DNA of 64,000 nucleotides from Eledone cirrhosa (lineage: Eukaryota): the NCBI GenBank assembly GCA_964016885.1, contig OZ024758.1:10664001-10728000 (forward strand), in the 5' to 3' direction. Under the pieces are notes generated by a model. It did not search any database. It worked only from the letters and a program-made list of their open reading frames with translations, and was not told where the DNA came from. A program made the translations under genes and the position numbers. Below are positions 39,798 to 52,518 of this stretch, in pieces (positions within the stretch are counted from its first letter, which is position 1; every line of letters starts with the position of its first letter).

Positions 39798-39843
39798 TAC
39801 TTGATCACAGTGAAGTTCTATTTTTGTTAATATTTTAAATTAT

Positions 39844-39933
39844 TATATATATATACTGTATATATATATATACTGTATATATATGTATATATATACATAT
39901 ATATACAGTATATAAATATATATATATATACAG

Positions 39934-39967
<34 letters not shown>

Positions 39968-40013
39968 CTGTATATATATATATATATACTGTATATATAT
40001 ATATATATATATA

Positions 40014-40104
<91 letters not shown>
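39844..40104. repeat. (TA)n array with CTG/CAG interruptions
   Basis: Direct reading. Confidence 0.95.
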
Positions 40105-40106
<2 letters not shown>

Positions 40107-41310
40107 TTTATATTATAAAATATTGGTGTTGTGACTATGAAAAAAAATCAATACTTTAAAAACCAAGATATTAGCCTAGAATAATCGCCATTATTCCAGG
40201 AAACGTATAACGCACGATAGAATGTGTGATCAGAATATAATGGTTTACTACAGTGAAAATGTCCTTTTGATACTATAGCCCTATAAAATAGACTATTGCA
40301 AAACACTTGACTTGGCTTCAGTTCTTTCAGTTTCTAAAGAACCGCCTTATGTCCCCATTCTATATCTCTTTTGTGTGTAAGTATGAAAAAATAATGTTGG
40401 CGCCATTTTTGATTCGGCTTTTCTAAAGAATATCAACTTCACATTTCTTATTTTCTCTCTCTCTTTCTTTCTCCATTAAATTTATCTGTTTGATGGAGGT
40501 CGTGTTTTTGTCTCTGTTTTTCTTTCATCGCAAAGTAATAAGATGTTCGCAGATGTTCCTCATAGAATGACGATGATACTAAGAACATTTAGTTGAACTG
40601 CAAGTATACGTTTTATTGGTTTAATCTTGTAGCTTATAATTAAAACATATATGTAATTAAGAGGAAAAAACATACACAAATAAAGATTGGTTTATATTAG
40701 TTATCTTTCGGCTATTTCTGATATAAAATATAAAGGAAATGTTTGGGTTTACATCAAAACACAACTTTTATTCAATAGAACATTATACAGATAGGTGATT
40801 TAGTGCAGTAGTCGTGTCGCTTGGTTTTTATTAATAAACTTCTGAACAGTGAATGACCGGGTGAGCGGGGTGGGGGTATATACATGTAACCGCAGCTAAG
40901 TAATTGTATAACTTCCAGGTCTTTCGGAAACGAATTGAAAGTAAATTTGACCGAAGAATTCTTTTCAAAGGCTGGTCCGATGCTGTCCAAATATTCTGTT
41001 CAAAGAATCTTTGAAGTCATATTATTCAAAAGAAAGAGCGACTCTCAATGAATGCTCCAGTGCAAAATTCTAGTGTGGTTACCAACGATGATGATCTAGC
41101 AGAAATCAATCTCCTTAAGTAACACACCGAAATTTTCACCTTATTACTATTGGTAGAATCACTTTTACTACCATTGATATCAACATTGCTTTTAGTGCGT
41201 CTGTCTCGGGAATATCTACGTAAAAGTGACACGGCGTGAGTTCATTCTGTTTTGTATCATCTCTCTCTCTTTCTATCTTTTTATATATATTGATACATAT
41301 TGGTAGATAG

Positions 41311-41429
<119 letters not shown>

Positions 41430-41935
41430 ATATATGTACAGTCCTGTGTATATATTGATCATTGCCAATGACAAATGCATTAATAACAGTGAAATTCAAA
41501 GTTATGTAAACACACTTTGGTTGTTGGTGGAGGTGTACTGTGTAGTGGTCGGGATGTGTTGTTGTAAACAACGACCTTTGAAGAATATATTCATGGCGTC
41601 CCACTCTAAACTGATATCATTTAGAAATATATCACATGAAAACGAAAAGTATCTCGTATGAAATATGTATTTATTTCCACTTGCATTCAGAATGTCGGTC
41701 ACTTTACAATTATGTTACATAAGAGCATGTTCTAAAAACAATTGTCAAAACAAAGCACTAAAGATACACTAAGATACGTGTTTACGAAACATCAACTTCT
41801 CCACTGAGTTGGGCAAATCACAATCAACATAGAAGCTAAGTCCATTCCGAAAACACCCCTGCATTGCCACTTGTCATCTGTTTCATGACACCTTTCACAT
41901 CTCCGTCAGTACATACATACATACACACACACACG

Positions 41936-41978
41936 CACCCTTGCAAGCATGGAAAAGCGGACGTAAAATGATGATGAT
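41936..41978 (+). mobile_element. Retroelement 3' tail fragment ending (TGA)n
   Basis: CTTGCAAGCATGGAAAAGCGGACGTAAAATGATGATGA, the inverse of 14522-14558. Confidence 0.6.
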
Positions 41979-44011
41979 ATATGCATATATACACACACAC
42001 ACACACATATTTCTTGGTTATCATGCATCAAGGTTGGTTAGTCGATGATATAGATTGATTTGATAAATTTGATACACACATTATTGTCAGTCAGAGAACG
42101 AAGAATCTTTCTCTCTCTGACTCTTTCTATTTCTCTCTTCTTTCTTCCCCATCTCTCTATTTATCTCCCTCTCTCTCTATCTATCTATCAATCTCCACCT
42201 TATAACCTTTCTTACGATTTATTCTTTCCTCTAACACACACATTCAGACAGGTTTTCTTCCCTGGCACTCTCCCTCACTCCAATATTGTTTTACTTTCTG
42301 GCTACATGTAACGAGTGAGCTGTGAATTGTGATGACGGATGGCCTAGAGATCTAGTGCGATGTATAAGTTACTCAGAAAGAGAAGTGTTTCGTGTGACAG
42401 GCGGTGAATGAAAGGACTAACAGTGTAGAGTGGGTTAAACAATCGTTTTCGCTTTTAGAAATTGGACATACACAGATAAGAATTTCTCGTAAATGTACAA
42501 ATGAATTAATGAAAATCTGACAATTGGGACCTCGATACACAAACAAAGTATAGGATATGAGTGTATCGTGGAACAAAGCGTGCTCTGCAAATCGAGAAAA
42601 ATTAATTCTCTTTTAGAAAGCGTACAACAGTGAAATATCTGTGAGCTCTTTTCCAAATCAATGACTGGATTTATCTCATCTGAGAAATCAATACAATAGA
42701 AATCAACAGCAATGATAGTATATATTAATATAGTATGTATTAATATATACAGCGTATATGTATGTAGTAGGGACGAAAATGAGCAGGAATCAATCAATGA
42801 AATGTTGTCATATCTGTTTGTTCGCTCATTCTGCTTCTCCGAAGTACAAAACCTCAGGTGGATGTTGTCTTATATCCCCAGAAATTATGTTCAAATATGA
42901 AGCCCAGCATGCCCATTGGAATCAGATTTATCGTGGTATAGCTAACACTACAAACAACCAAACTTGTGACTATTCGTTCCAGTTCACATGGGAAGGTAAC
43001 AGAACAAGACAAGAACACTTAGGACAAATTGTGCTTTTCGAAGAATTGCACAAATGAGACAAAAACAAACGCTACAAACCAATTAACACCAACTGAAAAG
43101 GAAGAAATAAAAGACATAGTCTAGCCAAGAAGAGAAAACTAGAAGTAAATAGTTTGGACTTTTATTTCTACAAAGAGATGGCAGGGAACGTGTAGTGACA
43201 TGTTAGACCTCGTTTCTGTCTGATTGTTTCTCTTCTCTTTCAGTTAAAAGTACATTGTAGCTAACAACTAACACCAGTCGAATGTCATTAGTTTCAATAA
43301 TATAAATATAAATATTAAAGAAATACTTAACGATTTAAATAAAATATATTTTGAAATACTGATTAATCATTATTAATGATATGAGACATTTATCAATTCA
43401 TTGTTAATGGCAACTATAACATCTATCACTGGTAGTAATTTATTCATTTATTTGTTATAAACATTATATTGAGTGAGTATGGTCGAGTAGACAAAATATT
43501 CGAATGTTTTAATGTATTGTGTGTTTATATCTCACTAGAGTCTTTTCATTATTTTTGTTTTATTATGAGCAAAGTTGACACGTCTACTGTTGCCGATGAT
43601 TTTGTTGTCTGCCAAAAAATAATAATAAAAAATATATATATATATCAAACAATAAAAAAAAATATTTGAAATTCAGATATTTAACAAATAATTGATTACC
43701 GCCACATTTCAACGACGCCCGAAGGTGTCTTCTACCATAGTTTAAATTTCAATAAAATATTTTAAGGGGAATTTCGGCAAATGTGTGGAAATTCGTTGTA
43801 TTCTTTTGTTACTGACTCTATTAACAATATTTGGAAAAGTATGAACTCTGCAACTTCCACTTACTTTCTAATAAAATACTGGAGCTTTGTGTCCGGTTAA
43901 AAGTGTACTAATATTTTCAGAATAATATTTTAACATAAATCATCTATAAATATACATCAGTAAGTATATTCGTATGTAACAATATTTTAATGCAAAATCT
44001 TTACACCCATT

Positions 44012-44102
44012 AACTCTCCCTTTCCGACGGAGAGATCTCCCACCCATTTTGGGGTGGGTGAGATATGTCTTCTCTTGTGAAAGTGGGTATAGCTTTCATT
44101 AT
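44012..44102 (+). repeat. Second copy of the 3541-3632 repeat
   Basis: AACTCTCCCTTTCCGACGGAGAGATCTCCC...TCTCTTGTGAAAGTGGGTATAGCTTTCATTAT. Confidence 0.6.
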
Positions 44103-46070
44103 GTAAACAAGTTTCTAAGCGGAATCGTCTAAAGAAAACTAAGTGGAACTAATAATTGTAATAAATTAGCTGACATTTTACTCTTCAATTATGGATTGAT
44201 AATTGGAAATAAGCCAAGACAATACGCCTTTACTCTGCCAAATATATAAATCCGCATATGGCCAGATTTTGTGTATTAAGAAATTAAAACCATCAAATAG
44301 GAAAATTTGTGATGCATAATCATGCGATTTATTCAAGGCTAATTCCTCGAAAAGTTTTACCTCGATTTATAATCTTTAGTAAGTCATAGAGAGACACGAG
44401 TTTCATTCATTACACAAACCAACTATTCTTACCAACATTTAATATATAACTCTCATGGAGACATGACGTATATTTCATTGTTCGAGAGAAATATTTTCAG
44501 AATAAGTTTTATAGTAAAAACACGATGGGCGGAGCACTGGAAGGTATATTGTAACATTTAATTACACCGACGCATGATCAGAAATAGAATCTTATTGGAG
44601 TTGTTAACAACTTTCATCCTTCCTGGGTAAAGAAATGGCAGTCAAGTACTGGGGTTGAAACCTTCGACAATTTTTCTCACAATATTTATAGACTGGAAAT
44701 TAATTTAAAGTCTGTATTTGGTGTAAGCCAAATTTATACCATAAAAATAATGTTTTGACGAAGAATACTAATTTCTTTTACCAATGCGTAAATGATTTAG
44801 CCGCTACAAATCTTATAGAACAATTTTAAACTATGGTCCATGAATACAGTGATTAGATTCCAGCTTACTATTCTAGGAATAGAACTTAGATAAATTTCTT
44901 TAAATTTGCTTATTTGCTTATTCAAATCCAATATACTTAGTTACGCAGCTAAGATAAGACTTTAATTATCTTTAGTTAATTATCTACTCCATTCTTTGCT
45001 TCATTAATATTTCAAGCTTCATTATATTCTTTTTCAATATAGTATTTCTGACATTTTTTCTTATATTCAGTCCAAGGAAAATTTAATTTAATTTTCAAAA
45101 ATGGGTCTCGTCGCTAACTTCCATTGAGAATGAACTACTTTACTTAGCCTTATAAAATATTTAACATGTGTCACCCTAACAATTTTATTTATTGTGTTAT
45201 GGTGTATATTAATTATGAATGATATATTTATTAAAGTATATGCCACCTTTAAATTATACACACCTTTGTGCTTTCAACTCATTTCTGAATGAATTTTTTT
45301 TCAATTGTAATTAAAAACGAATTCCTGAAAAATAATACAATTGAATGTAAACAATCTAAAATCTTATAATTTAAAATGTATGATATTCCAGGATACAAAT
45401 AATAGAGATAGGAAAAGAAATTGCCGTGGTTCAAACACCGCGATTCTGTTATTAAAGAATAGCAAAACTAATTACCGTCACCAAAAATTTAATTAGTGAA
45501 CACTAAAGTAATTGGAAATTGGAAAATTTTTTGCAAACTTTTTAAGTTATAAGATTATCGATATACGTTGTCTCTGATTATGTCGATAATTCTTCTGTTT
45601 CCCGCAGAGGGGAGTGAAATGTCATCACGTTTAAAAAACTTACAAATGACATTAGATGCGTAGGAAGTATTCTAGAATAGAAGTATTCTAGAATAGAAAT
45701 TAACATCTAAAATCTTATTACACTGATGAAAGAGTAATACGTGTATAAGGAAGTGTCTATGTAATCACCCATGAAATTATATCGGGTCGTCTTAATAGAC
45801 GACATATTGGATAATGTTTGGAGTTGGCTATGACGTAAAATAGGGTGTAATGGATATGATTGGAATACATTCATCGGAGATTAGCTCAATTATAGATGAC
45901 TTGTGTTAAGTCAAAAATAATATCTTGTACAGTTGGAGATAGAAATGGTAATAGACAGGAATATACAGTTGAGTTTGTTTGCATCACCAGTATCAACATC
46001 GTATGTAAGTGTGTGTATTTGTGTATATATATATATATGTTTGTGTATGTATGTTGGTGTATATATATAT

Positions 46071-46253
46071 GTTGGGAGCTTCCAACAGAAATGGTCGCAT
46101 TCTTTAAGAGTATGTCAATATTTATTTATAAAACTGCTCTATATTATATTTTATCTGATGAAAGCACACCATAATTTAACTTGGTGTCCTTGAAATATGT
46201 ATAATGAAATAAATATGGTTTTATAAATATAGTTTCCATTTGTTAATATATCG

Positions 46254-46255
<2 letters not shown>
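46071..46255 (+). mobile_element. P2 element, 5'-truncated at an internal hairpin
   Basis: Begins with quasi-palindromic GTTGGGAGCTTCCAAC; highly similar to 11633-11814; (TA)n flanks. Confidence 0.9.
46147..46211 (+). ncRNA. Hammerhead ribozyme motif (type I minimal)
   Basis: TATTTTAT-CTGATGA-AAGCACACCA...TGGTGTCCTT-GAAA-TATGTA-TA-ATGAAATA. Confidence 0.75.
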
Positions 46256-46297
<42 letters not shown>

Positions 46298-46312
46298 TTA
46301 TATATATATATT

Positions 46313-46383
<71 letters not shown>

Positions 46384-48730
46384 ATATTTATATATATATT
46401 TATATATATATGATACAGTAGCGCACGAGCCTGTGCTCTCCTGCATTGAACCTAACCCAAATATTCAAATATTTTTATTTATAATTTGATTATTTTTGTC
46501 TCTAAACATTTTATTTTTTTAGTCAGTTCTACCAAATTTAAAAACAAATTACGACATTGTACCCTGGAATTACACATTACACGGACAGTGCGATTATAAA
46601 GCAAATTAACCATAATTGTGCAGTGTGTGGCGCTGGCATCACACACCCAAACTTATGAAACACGATGAACTATATCGTTGCTAACAGATCAATATGCTAA
46701 TTAAAGCAGCACAACCCAAGGAAAACATCAGGAAAGAAATATATATTTTCTCTAATTACAATAATATATATATATATGTGTATATATGTAAACACATACA
46801 CATGTACACACACACACACACATATATATTCAAGTGTGTAAACATATCTATTTATTTATATAATATCTATAAATTTAAGCAGTATATTTTATTTTGTTGT
46901 ATTTCACTTTAATTATAAAACTGATTTTAAAAATGATATAATTCATCGTATTTCATAATGTAATTACATTCAACGAGACTCTAGAAACTGAATTGAATTA
47001 CTATATTTAAATTGGATGGATATGTTTTCGGATCTCTTGAACTTGTCGCCATGTTGATTTTCTTTTATTGATCATCGTCTGGTCGATATATACAATCTTA
47101 CTAGTATTTTTGGAATTATGTAATTTAATAAATCCTCTCTCCAGACATACAAAAGTTATTCAATAAGCTATACTAAAGTCATAGCTTTATGAACAAAACT
47201 ATTGCTGTGTTGTTGCTATCCGAAATTCGACGAAGCGTTGACCCTTTAAGTTTTGGCAGAATCGAGCCGCCTGGAGATTTATAGTGAGAAGATTATATAG
47301 AGTGAATGGCTGACAATGGATAGACGTGGAAGAATGATAGAGGAGAGAGGAAATAAGAAATCAAAAAGAAAGAAACACACATTAACGGAAGATAGACAAT
47401 TAGAAAAAAACAGAGATAATAAGGAGATAAGTGAAGGGGGGAAATAACGTAAAGTGAAAATAGTGGAGAGAGAGAAAGAGAGAGAGAGGATGACGTCTGG
47501 TAAGGGGAATTCTTAGCAAAAGTAAAGTTCGATACATGATTTTATGTTTGCATGTAAATTAATGTAACCCCTGAACAAAATAGTTGCAAATATTTGAAAA
47601 CATTTAAAACAATGGATTTCTAAAAAATGTAGAAATATAAAATATTTTTATTTGATGATGTAAAGGACATGAAACCATTTTGTCGTAACTTCAGGGGGTG
47701 TTATAAAACATCTTTGAAATGCTTTCCATTGATATTCTAATGAGAGTATAATAAAGGAATCTATAAAGAACGTTAAATAAACAAATATGCATACTAATAA
47801 GCCACTAATTGGCAGACTCACTAAAGCATCGGATTAAATGCTTTACGATATTTCTTCCGGTTCTCTTCGCTCGGAGATAAAAAACACTCCGAGGTGCCAT
47901 TCATAATATATCATACCAGTCCACAGTAGTTGATTGGCAGAATTGGAAGATATTCGAACGTGACACCTTGTGTTATCCCATCCGGCAATTTGTGTTCTAA
48001 GTTTGACTACGATGCGATGGATGCTAGGCAGAGTAAGCCTTTGTTTTTCCCTTGGGTAACATCACTGGTGTTGTGGAGGGGGTGATTTAAAAGAGGATCT
48101 GCAAAGATCCTATCAATCGAATTCCACTGACGAGGCACTGGTTAATATAAAGCTATATTACAATACTAAGGCAGCAAACCATTGGGATTGAATCCGGAAC
48201 GACGCGGGTTGGAAGTGATACTCTTCTCTACATAAATATGCTTGCATGTTTCACAATATTTATATTTCCAAATCAATACCTTAATATATAGACATCTCTC
48301 AAATAAATACCAATAATTTGTTAAGGAGGTTGGATATTTAGAGAATAAATTAAGTTCATGAATTTATTTAAATATTACATAAACATTCATCTACTGAGTC
48401 TCTGATATTTGCCCTCGTATTTATTTTGCCAAGTCTATACGTCTGCAATAGTTGACTTGCTTCCAAATATTCAGACGTTCTGACATTTATCAAACTGTTT
48501 TGTCACAATTATGTCTGTAATGAAACAACTTTTCCATATTTTTACAAGTAGCGATCGTCCTTGTTATATTCCAAACCAGACAGATACTTACATATTAACA
48601 AATCAGGGAGATCTTACTTCAGCAATGTTAAATATATCGAAATATAGATGTAGCATAAATTTGAAACTACCAGTCTAATGCGTATAACTTGCATAGTTTT
48701 GGCTATGTAATTAATTAAATAAGAAATATA

Positions 48731-49097
48731 TACTGGTACTTTATTTTATCGACCCCCGTAAGGATGAAAGGCAAAGTTAACCTCGGCGGGATTTGAACTC
48801 AGATCGTAAATGGACGTAACTCTTTGCGTCAAAGCATGGCGTCCGACCTTTTACTTAAATGTTATAATTGTTTCTACTTTTAGGCACAAGGCCAGCAATT
48901 ACCCAGTGCATTACTGATACTTTATTTTATCGACCCCGTAAGGATGAAAGGCAAAGTTAACCTCGGCGGGATTTGAACTCAGATCGTAAATGGACGTAAC
49001 TCTTTGCGTCAAAGCATGGCGTCCGACCTTTTACTTAAATGTTATAATTGTTTCTACTTTTAGGCACAAGACCAGCAATTACCCAGTGCATTACTGG
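48731..49097 (-). mobile_element. Circularly permuted S1 tandem dimer, 180-bp period
   Basis: Lines 48781 and 48961 are identical; the array begins and ends at TACTGG inside the SINE. Confidence 0.93.
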
Positions 49098-49894
49098 TTA
49101 TAATGTCGGTGAATATCGTGCGGAAGAGTTATTCTTCTCCAGGATCAAACTGAAAGAAATTTCATTGAATTTTACATCATATACGTTTAAAGGCTGACAG
49201 ACAGACAGACAGGCCAACCGACAGACAGACTAACAGACCGACAGACCTGCAGACAGTCAGGCATACAGACAGACCGATGGACATGCAGACAGTCAGACAT
49301 ACAGACAGATGTTGTTAGATAGTTGGTTGTCAATGTATATAATTTATATAAATTTATTGATAGATAAATTGCTTTTAATAATAACTTAACCACTGTCATT
49401 TCATTCTGTTATTCCGTCATCACATGTTATCTGTTCTTGAGGTTTGGAGACGATCAAGTGACTTTAGGTCAAACATTGCTGTACATATGAAGTTATGTTC
49501 TAAACATTCAAAGACTTCTTTTTAGTTGAGTATAGAATAAAAGGAATCTTGAAAGAACGTTAAGTTACGATCGTTTATAATTAAGTATGGATGCAAATAT
49601 ACATAGACGTATTCAAACATTCCAGTATGATTATGTAATCATAAATATTGAAATAGAAATGATACGACTATATTTAGGAGAAATATCAGACAATTTGCTG
49701 AGACCACAAGATATTTTCCCAGTTTTTATTCCAGTAATTACGGAAGCAGATATGGCGACAATGTTACAATGTTCACTACGCAACCGTGTTGTACTAGACT
49801 CGACACCACTAGTTAGTACCTTGCCAAATCCAAGTCACGTGTTGATTTGTAGCTTGTGAGGGGAATTCGGTGGATAAAACTATACACACACACG

Positions 49895-49953
<59 letters not shown>

Positions 49954-49968
49954 GTGTGGTTTGTTTGT

Positions 49969-50089
<121 letters not shown>

Positions 50090-50142
50090 AATATATAAAT
50101 ATATATCAAGTAAGTATGTTTTGAAACAGTGAGCGAGTTTGA

Positions 50143-50354
50143 AATTAGAAAATATATAGCTTTCACCGTATTTTTGACTAAAGGAATTTTTTTAGCTTGA
50201 TAACGGGGTTTAGAACCCTCAGATAAATGGAAAAAGATGAGTATGTACGTCAATACTCATCTTTTTCCATTTATCTGAGGGTTCTAAACCCCGTTATCAA
50301 GCTAAAAAAATTCCTTTAGTCAAAAATACGGTGAAAGCTATATATTTTCTAATT
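50143..50354. repeat. Perfect ~102-bp inverted repeat with 8-nt spacer (family P5), ending in (TA)n
   Basis: Arms 50143-50244 and 50253-50354, spacer GTACGTCA. Confidence 0.93.
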
Positions 50355-50422
50355 ATAAATATATATATATATATATTTGTGTGTGTGTGTAGTTTTTAAC
50401 AGTTTATTAAGGAAGGCTATAA

Positions 50423-50519
50423 ATAATTGTTTCTATATTTTGGCACAAGGCCAGCAATTATCCCAGTGTATTACTGGTACTTTATTTAATCAACCCCGTA
50501 AGGATGAAAGGCAAAGTTA
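50423..50519 (-). mobile_element. S1 SINE, 3' half
   Basis: Reverse complement of the S1 tail and central domain. Confidence 0.9.
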
Positions 50520-51020
50520 GGGAGGCTGCCATGTCCTTGAAACAACTGAAGGGTCCTCCCAACCCTTTGTTTGGAAAGTTTTCTATGGTTGGATGCCCTT
50601 CCTATCACCAACCACTTTACAATATATACTGGGTGTATTTATCATGTAGATCAATAAATAATGGAATACAAAAACCGACCAACGGATGAATTAGTAATGA
50701 CTTTCTTTACGATACACCACGTGACAAACACTCTTGTTACTCCCACCTTTAGAAATGCTCTTATCCAATGAGTGAGGTGGTGGTGGTGGTGGGGCTGTAA
50801 CAATCGAAGCCATTGATCAGAAATTGTGATATAAAATGCATAAAGGAAACCAACCGACTGTCAGATCGGATCACTGGTCTTTCGATTGTTGATATTAACT
50901 ATTGAGCTATTGATCGAACTCCTGACAGCTGCCTCACTTTTGCTTCCGGTGACAGACGGCGGGCTTTAAATTCATAATACACAAAACTTGAGCAGGTTCT
51001 GGAAATTTATTCAGTCCGAC

Positions 51021-51205
51021 ATTGGCAGTATCGGTAGAGGGTCGGACGCCATGCTTTGCCGCAAAGAGTTACGGCCCTTTATGATCTGAGTTCAAATCCA
51101 GTCGAGGTTAACTTTGCTTTTTTATCCTTACGGGGTCGATAAAATAAAGTACCAGTAATGCACTGAGGTAATTGCTGGACTTGTGCCCAAAGTAGAAACA
51201 ATTAT
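51021..51205 (+). mobile_element. S1 SINE, near full length
   Basis: Consensus match. Confidence 0.93.
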
Positions 51206-51387
51206 AATAATTCCGTCCATACAAGATATATGAACACACACCATCAACATGAAAGACAATATTGACTTTCGCAGGATTTGAACGCAGGGAACCGGAACGA
51301 ATACCGAGGCATTTACTCCGACACTCTAACAACTGACAGAATCCTGTCAGGAGGACTGACGCTCGTCATCTTCTCAAATAAATATTC

Positions 51388-51545
51388 ATAATTGTTTCTA
51401 CTTTTGGCACAAGGCCAGCAATTATCACAGTGTATTACTGGTATTTATTTTTATCGACCCCATAAGGATGAAAGGCAAAGTTAATCTCGGCGGGATTTGA
51501 ACTCAGACCATAAAGGACCGTAACTGAGTTCAAATCCCGCCGAGA
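51388..51545 (-). mobile_element. S1 SINE, 5'-truncated, with a fold-back inversion at the 5' junction
   Basis: 22-bp inverted repeat 51485-51506 / 51524-51545 containing the B-box. Confidence 0.92.
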
Positions 51546-51748
51546 ATGTCCCATAACAAGGACACAATACAACACTTTTACGTGATATAAGCCATAGTGA
51601 AATCTACATAATGACGTTTCACGACACAGAATAGAAACAGTTCCACAGAAATAAGAAAAATACACCTAAAACGATATATTTTCTCTAATTTCCTTTTGCA
51701 TATTACGTCTCTCTCTGTCTCTAATATATATATATATATATATATATA

Positions 51749-51842
51749 GAAGGTGAGTAATATTGTAGGACAATAAATCTATCCATATATGAGATATGTA
51801 GCACTCGGAACTCTTTTAACCATCTTTTAATTTCTTCTTTAC
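51749..51842 (+). mobile_element. P4 element, internally deleted
   Basis: AGGTGAGT...ATTGTAG and GGAACTCTTTTAACCATCTTTT match both ends of 31435-31687 in reverse; (TA)n flanks. Confidence 0.75.
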
Positions 51843-51874
<32 letters not shown>

Positions 51875-51954
51875 GGAAAGTTATATTTAAATTGTTGGGT
51901 TACAACTAGTAAATATTTATAACTGATATAAAAGCACTCAACAAGTATTTGGAG
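51875..51954 (+). mobile_element. P2 5' fragment
   Basis: Matches 11555-11637 and stops at TTGGAG, the internal hairpin. Confidence 0.8.
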
Positions 51955-51960
51955 TATATT

Positions 51961-52328
51961 TACGATATTAAATAAATGGAAACTATATTTATAAAACCAT
52001 ATTTATTTCATTATATATATTTCAGGGATATCATATTAACAATATGTTATGCCTTCTTCAGACAAAATACAATATAGACAGTTTTATAGATAAATAGATT
52101 TGACATACCGTTCAACATCGACTTGTATTTGAAAAAGTTGATTTGCCAAATCAACTTTTTCAAATACAAGTCGATGTTGAACGGTATGTCAAATCTATTT
52201 ATCTATAAAACTGTCTATATTGTATTTTGTCTGAAGAAGGCATAACATATTGTTAATATGATATCCCTGAAATATATATAATGAAATAAATATGGTTTTA
52301 TAAATATAGTTTCCATTTATTTAATATC

Positions 52329-52331
<3 letters not shown>
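51961..52331. mobile_element. P2 perfect palindrome (two 185-bp arms, 1-nt centre at 52146)
   Basis: Arms read as exact reverse complements around GATTTG-C-CAAATC. Confidence 0.93.
52223..52288 (+). ncRNA. Hammerhead ribozyme motif (type I minimal); mirror copy on the minus strand at 52004-52069
   Basis: TATTTTGT-CTGAAGA-AGGCATAACATATT-GTT-AATATGATATCCCT-GAAA-TATATA-TA-ATGAAATA. Confidence 0.75.
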
Positions 52332-52372
<41 letters not shown>

Positions 52373-52393
52373 GTGTGTGTTTGAGTGTGTTAT

Positions 52394-52450
<57 letters not shown>

Positions 52451-52454
52451 AGTG

Positions 52455-52518
52455 TGTTGTTGATGTTGCTGTTGACGTTGTTATTACCGTTCTTATTATA
52501 TTTGTTCTCATCGTCGTC
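52455..52518 (+). repeat. 64-bp segment duplicated at 55773-55836
   Basis: TGTTGTTGATGTTGCTGTTGACGTTGTTATTA(C/T)CGTTCTTATTATATTTGTTCTCATCGTCGTC, one mismatch. Confidence 0.9.

Larger units (their letters stand above)
39475..39843. mobile_element. P2 inverted pair (minus arm 39475-39649, plus arm 39658-39843) inside (TA)n
   Basis: Central ~55-bp near-perfect arms around ATCCAGCA; each arm has its own hammerhead motif. Confidence 0.85.

Noticed and set aside
40772-41232. Minus-strand ORFs faintly like a LINE endonuclease (DLEVIQ...YIPP)
   Set aside because: Too weak to call without a profile search
45590-45660. Pyrimidine tract plus CAG resembling a splice acceptor (also near 43225-43243)
   Set aside because: No supportable exon or partner donor site; such motifs are common by chance
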